The notes under the pieces were generated by a model. The model was given only the letters and a program-made list of their open reading frames with translations. It made no database searches and was not told the origin of the DNA. A stretch of 45,542 bases of DNA, the filler included, from Sphacelaria rigidula (lineage: Eukaryota): NCBI GenBank assembly GCA_964200075.2. It is 2 parts of 2 records of this genome, joined end to end, with 100 filler letters (N's around TTAATTAATTAA, not from the genome) between each part and the next. Parts side by side here need not be neighbours in the genome. Positions count along the whole stretch, not along the records: positions 22,827 to 45,542 come from CAXNAA020000316.1; 1 more part is not named here. One strand, written 5' to 3'. This document shows, piece by piece, positions 26,829-45,542 of the stretch. Both the position numbers and the translations under genes were made by a program. How positions within the stretch are numbered: position 1 is the first letter of the stretch; every line of letters begins with the position of its first letter.

Positions 26829-27287
26829 GACCACTTTGTATGGCAGCCAATCCGTATGTGTACAAATATGAGGGTTTCAGCCCGTTTTCATATGATTTTC
26901 TCGCGTGGATTGATTTTTCGGACCCCCAGTCCGTTGGGCAATGTTTTTCGCCCAGCGCTGAGGAACCAGATCAATTCTCCGATTCTCCGGGCGCTGACTT
27001 TTGGTTCATCACCTTTCTGCTCAGATTGGGGGACTCCCGCATCTCCCCCGAATCTGGGCCCAAATCGGGGGAGATGCGGGAGTCCCCCGATCTGAGCACA
27101 CAAGTGATGAACCAAAAGTCAGCGCCCAGAGAATCGGAGAATTGATCTGGTTTCCTCAGAGCTGGGCGGAAAACATTGCCCAACGGACTAGGATCCGAGA
27201 AATTGATCCACGGGAGAAAATTGGATTTAAACGGGCTGAAATCCTCATGCTTGTACAAATACGGATTGGTTGTCAAACAAAGTGGTC
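26829..27287. repeat. 459-bp near-perfect palindrome (foldback/MITE-like)
   Basis: Arms of ~230 bp, from gaccactttgtatggcagccaatccg to cggattggttgtcaaacaaagtggtc, centred on GGGCCC (27056-27061) with no spacer. TA dinucleotides lie close to both ends. Confidence 0.92.
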
Positions 27288-30200
27288 TAACTGTCGTGGA
27301 GAAAACTTCGACCACCCTCAAATTTGGCACTTCGGTACTTCTTGGTGCTCCCACTTGGAAAATGCGTTGCTGTAATATGTTTCAAATTTCCCCCGCCCTT
27401 TTTTTGCTTTTAGGGATAGTCACGCTGGGACCCCTGGCAGTCGGTACACAACGTCTCAAGAAAGAAGAAAGAAAGTTATGCGTCCCGGCGTAGCCCATGA
27501 AAAATTTGTAAGTTTAATGCCGTTTTCACTAGTTTTGATGATGAACATATCCGAAGAAGACGTTTTCATACTAGAATCAAGTAGCAAAGAATTTGCACCA
27601 GGCACGAAAAACTTCATCGCACAAGGGTGCAAAATTTCACGCCGTTACCTTGGAGTGGAACTCTCAAAATGCGTACCCATTTACCATGGGACATGAAAAA
27701 ACGTTTAATGGACGAGTCTTCCTTTAATTCTTGATTCATCATCGGTCTCCGGGGATTCCAGGGCTCTCAGGGCTCCTAGGACCCCTGGGACCTCCAAAAA
27801 TTGGTGAAGAAAATTGAGAAAAATCGCCCGTCGAAAGTTTCGTAATGACCCAAAGTACATGCGTGCAGAATTTGAGAGTCCGACTTCAAAGAAGGGCGTG
27901 GTATTTTGCCCATGAAGATATTTTGGGTAAAAAGCGTGAACCAGCTTGTATACCATGCTGGACTCGAAATAGTAGACCGATGCAGAGCCTGACTTCCTCG
28001 AACCGATGATCCATGCTCCATGACATTGGTGTGCGAAATATAGTCATGCAACCCTGCTCGTACGAGCCAAAATCACCAAAACAACACAATTCCAAAGCAC
28101 GAAAATGCCAAATCAGAGAATCGTCGCGTCGGCACTCATGTCGGACATGCGAACTCCCCGCGGTGCGAGACACAAGCCTGCCACTGCCCCCTGTACTATC
28201 CTGCGTACTGTTATGCCCGTGAATGAAGGCCTTACCGACCAAAAATCCGTTGCCCATGAAAAAACAGTGAATGCGGACGGATATTGAAGACGGAGTGAAG
28301 ACGTCATAGATTGGTCGGGCCTGTGCCAAACCTCTGCCGAACCTCTGCCGAACATAACACACGCTCCATTCCAAGTTACCTAGGTTTAGTATGCGACAGC
28401 TGTAACTTTTTCATCGCCACCGTCTCGAGACAGGACGCAAACCGGCCTCTTGAACTTCACAACCCACGGCACACACACTAGACTTGGTGAGTTTGTCGGC
28501 GGAGTTGCTCAATTCGCCACAGCAGACCCGAAAAGCCCCAGAACGTTGCAGAAAACGCGTTTTTCGGTACATGTTGTGTCTGGGGCAGCGGTTTGCGAAG
28601 TGCTGCGTCCTCCGTGGCACGCGCACGGAAACCTCTTGTCAACTTCACTAGTTCTGGTGTGAGGGAATCACACGCATCAAACCGCAGTCCAATCCTCTGC
28701 GTCGTTGCCGAGAAAGTAGCGTTGAAAGATGAGAACAACACTATACTGCAACAAGAAAGGCACAGCAACAGCACGAGCAGGAGCTTCTATCCTTCTGTTG
28801 TTGTAACCCTGTGTACAGGTGTACAGCAACATTAGTCATAGGTGTGTTGTAGAACGTACTAAAGCAAATAGTACATTTTGTATGAGCGCCGTCGTCATTG
28901 CGAGTGACGCGTATACTTGTGATACCGGTTGGCTCATATAGGTTTCATTTCTTCTGCATTCAACTGACTGTGGAGTTGGTCGGTCCATTTTCCCCGTATA
29001 TATTGCCCAAAATCGGGCGTCATTCACGGGCATAACTGTACTGTACGGTGCGGTGTAATGCTCTGTAGTAGGCTTCTGGATCCCGTGGAGTATGTGCTGG
29101 TAGGGCAACCCAGTGACCGGGTATGCCGCAGTGCACGACAGTGGCCTCGATGATCGGTGATCGTAAAAAGAAAATCCGCGGATCTGGCGGGTTAAAGCCG
29201 AAACGACGAATCTACGAATAGAGTTCCAGCGGAAACTCGTTATCCAGATCCCAATACAGCAATCCAGTGTCATACGCCAACAGTGCACAGCTCTTGACAA
29301 GATAAAGCGGTAGGTGGGTGGCGAAGATTGTGGAGAGAGCAAGAAACAACCTATTTTTTTGCGTGTCTATGATTTATCAAATGGCAATATACAGCTTTAG
29401 GTTCAGGTGGGCGATATTGAGCGTTTTGTGCAGAGGTCTTTGAGGATTATTCCACTAACCAGAGTATCACAATGGTGCCCCCACCCCTCTGCAGGCCTGT
29501 TGCCCGACCTAAAAGTGTCTGGGAAGCTTCCGGAAAAGCTGCACCCCCCCACGTTAAAATCATTGAAATCCCCAGACTGTCAGTAGGGGAAACTGATTTG
29601 AATCGATACTGGAAGACAGTTGAGAAAATGCGGGTGCCCCTATTTTGCGGTTGTTGTCTGTTAGAAATCTCCCTTCAATCGGGCCACGAATATGGAGCAC
29701 ATACGCTCGTACCCTATAACTCGAAGATGTCTCATGTTTTTGACCTGAAGAAGTTACAACCGGCTGACTACATTTTAGTGCCGTACTGCCTGTACTGCAC
29801 TGTACAGTCGGTACTCTGTTGCGCTGACTGCAGGGTATGGTCCCCACAGAAAGCAATGCACGCTGTCGGGCTCACAAGCACGAGGCGCGGAGACTGCACA
29901 GCAAGTGCAGTGATTACCCGTGGTGTTGAAGTCCCATCCACTGCTAATGCATGCGCTCTGGTTGCTGTGCACACCCAGCAGTAAATAATGAAAAAGCTCA
30001 CGAAAAACGCGTATCACTCAACCCGGTCCTTTACATCAACTAATCACTGCCAAGTTTGAGTCTAGTTACGGAGTAGCAGACTTGAAGCCGGTACTATACC
30101 CATTGCAGCTGTTGATGTACGGTGAGGGAAGCTGCCCACTCGAGCGGCAGAGTTACTCGGCAAGTGAGCTGCCTGGTGCTGTATGGCCGCGTACATTCAC

Positions 30201-30555
30201 CTCTGGAAACAGCCGAGCTGTGTTGCTCACGCGGAGCAATTCGAGATGGGGGCAGAATACTATCTTCACGTCGTGTGAGCAAGATTCTCTCAAAATTGTT
30301 CGAAGCATCGACATAAATGCTCCGGCCGTTTCCAGCGTATCGGGGTATAGGAACTTCATTTCAATGATATTCTCGTTTTTGACCATGGTATTCGAACAAC
30401 AATTTTTTATCCTGGCGGGGCGGGGGGGGGGGGGGGGGAACAAAATTTTTTCTTGACTTAGTAATTTGAACAATAAAAAAACATCCCTTTAGAGAAAGAA
30501 GGGGGAAAGGAGGGAAANNNNNNNNNNGGTCCGGCGTAGCCGTAGCCGTACTCAT
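30201..30555 (-). CDS. Possible 5' exon(s) of an unknown minus-strand gene, divergent from the beta-galactosidase
   Basis: ATG at 30555 (MSTATATPD, interrupted by a 10-N gap). Open frame MKFLYPDTLETAGAFMSMLRTILRESCSHDVKIVFCPHLELLRVSNTARLFPE ends at a GAG|GTGAAT donor near 30200. Other candidate exons at ~29490-29610, ~28685-28810 and ~23370-23597 are unverified. Confidence 0.3.
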
Positions 30556-30675
30556 TTGTTGCTTGCCTTAGTCATTTGACCATTGACCACGCATCCCTTT
30601 CGAGACGGAGCGGGGAACGGAGGGATCGTAGACGTACGGTAGGGGGCAACGAAAACATCGAAATAGAGCCATTTT

Positions 30676-30737
30676 GGGCCGACGGCCTTATATGGGGCCG
30701 ACGACCTTATATGGGACCGACGACCTTATATGGGGCC
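30676..30737 (+). repeat. 19-bp tandem repeat x3.3
   Basis: gggccgacggccttatatg / gggccgacgaccttatatg / ggaccgacgaccttatatg / gggcc. Confidence 0.9.
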
Positions 30738-31539
30738 TTCGCCCGAGTAGGGTAGTCAACGAACACAAACAAACGAAAAAGGATTTCGACGCAAAAACAC
30801 CGCAGGTTTGAACACCAATTTCGTCTCGTATCGCCTTCTACATCGGATGCGGTTCAGGGTCCGTGTAAACATGGTCGAGATGAATTGTGGGGCAGAGAAA
30901 GTACTAGCATCAGTCAGAGTGCACTCTTGTTGGACGGAAATATGTCGATGTTTTACTGGCAACACTCCCAGGATCCACGCCCTTACTGATAGTGGTCGGT
31001 TGCCTCCAGCCGCGTGGGTCTTTCTTTCCTCGCATGACTCGAGGATCGGATCAGTCATCGGAGCTCGGGAACTTGCGCATGGTACGAAGCCGAGGTCATG
31101 ATCAGTCAGTGGTCCACAAGTACATATGCACGTGTCACCGAGTTGGAGTGACGATGGAGACGATGGCGGGGGATACGCTGAGAGAATGATTCGATTCATC
31201 GCATGTGTCAAGATCACGAGTGTGACTCGAGGCATGACTGTTTCGCCGAAATGAGGACGAGTATGACTCGAGTCCTACGAGTCGATCGAAAAATCAGTCG
31301 TGACTCGTTGGATGAGTTACACGAGTCAGGCTCGGGCTCGGTAGACGTGTGATATCTTTGAAACAAGAACACGTTGGTGGCGATGTGACCTTCGTAGCGT
31401 CGGACGAAGAGGTTGACAAAGTCTTCCACGCGGGGATGTAACTTTCTGTGCAGCTTTTCTTCCTTCATAGTAACGATTTTATTTTGTATATCACACACTG
31501 CTGACCGTTCCATTTTTCCTTCCTCTCTTGTTTGCACAG

Positions 31540-44313
<12,774 letters not shown>

Positions 44314-44364
44314 GTACTGCACGCTGTGGTCTGATGTTTGCACACCCTAGACAACAGACGGCAT

Positions 44365-45420
44365 CTACTGCAATAGCAATAGAACCTGCCGCAGTAGATG
44401 CCAGTATTGTCTTCCGCAGTGGCTATCGATCGACAAGCTTCTCGTTCTATTGTCGTCGGCAATGTCTATCGGTAGAGTCCTTTCCAACGCTATTGCCCGG
44501 GCAGCAGTCTGTCGTGACCCTACACCGAAATCTATTGCCGCCGGCCGAATGTATCGATCGAAAGCTGTCCAAATCTATTGATGACGGCAATGGCTGTTGA
44601 TTGACCCTGTGCCAGATCTATCGGTGACGGCGATGACTGTTGACAGATTGTGCACCGAATCTATTCATGGCGGTAGTCGTTATTGATAAATTGCGTACAA
44701 AATATATGCATGGCGGCAATGAATATCGATTGATGCATACCAGAATCTCCTGTGGTGTACAATGCTTGCCAATGGATATTCTCCGTCGTCTATTGCGACG
44801 CTTACACCGCAACATACTATGTATATATCATATTATTCTCAGGTGAACTACGGTAGAGAAGCCGCAGGCGAACATGCAGTGGGTATATGATGATATTGTG
44901 AAAATAGGACGTGGCGATTCTACAATTTTGGAACGCTTGCATGTGTATCCGCAGTATGTATGAACTAAAGTTCACGGGAGTTGTTGGTGTGGTGTTGGTT
45001 CTTGTGGTCGTCCCTCTGATGGACATGGGCGCTTACACTACTTTTGTGCGTCGGTGAGATGTGCTTACGATCAGCTATCGGTGGCGTCACTGGCTATCAA
45101 TAGATGCAACAATGGATTGTTGGTGGCAATGACGATATTGATGGATACCCCAACATGCTTTGTTTACGGCAGGAGCTATCGATAGATTGTTCACCGAATC
45201 TGTTGATTACGGCAAAGGCTACCGATGGACGGCTCACCAAATCTACTGATGACGGCAATTGGTATCGATAGGTGGCTCACCTAATATTTTGATGACGACA
45301 ATGACTATCGATGGATGTCTCACCAAATCTATTGATCACGGCAATGGCAATCGACATACATATATTCCACAATCTATTGCGGTATGCAATGCCCGTCGAT
45401 GCCCAGTGATGTTAATGTAT
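44365..45420 (+). repeat. Degenerate ~43-bp tandem array in two clusters, intronic
   Basis: Consensus approximately caccAAATCTATTGATGACGGCAATGGCTATCGATggatgtct. Clearest 43-bp-spaced units at ~45196, 45239, 45282, 45325; others at ~44570-44735. Confidence 0.8.
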
Positions 45421-45542
45421 TGTCATTGCCATAGACTACTGATCGACTGTCGCAGTATTTATTAGGGCAATGGCCTAGAAAAGGTTTACCTTCTCGTTTT
45501 TTGCCTAAGAAAGGTAAGAAAAATGGCCAGAAACGCGAAAAC

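Noticed and set aside
26840-27375. Mirror-image ORFs as duplicated proteins
   Set aside because: They are a by-product of the DNA palindrome.
30676-30737. CRISPR-like repeats
   Set aside because: Units are directly adjacent with no spacers; eukaryotic context and no cas genes.
44365-45420. CRISPR array
   Set aside because: Repeats are highly degenerate, linkers are ~10 bp and related to each other, and the array is intronic in a eukaryotic gene.

Overview
Eukaryotic, intron-rich genomic DNA, most consistent with a brown alga or other stramenopile (inferred from gene style and repeat types). It contains: (i) a complete 6-exon 40S ribosomal protein S7 gene (+, 13303-18699, 194 aa); (ii) a partial LacZ-type GH2 beta-galactosidase gene (+, at least 12 exons from 31540, running off the window end) with an N-terminal hydrophobic segment, large insertions and a GC-AG intron; (iii) an unrecognised, partly disrupted spliced gene at ~380-8383 (+) that appears to be built from a repeated ~60-aa helical module; (iv) probable exons of an unknown minus-strand gene between ~21630 and 30555. 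Repeats include several 5'-truncated RTE-like LINE remnants, a tRNA-like SINE head, a 459-bp near-perfect palindrome, degenerate ~43-bp tandem arrays and microsatellites. An artificial 100-bp scaffold linker lies at 22727-22826. I found no prokaryotic operon, CRISPR array or rRNA. Most ORFs in the supplied track are spurious or exon fragments.
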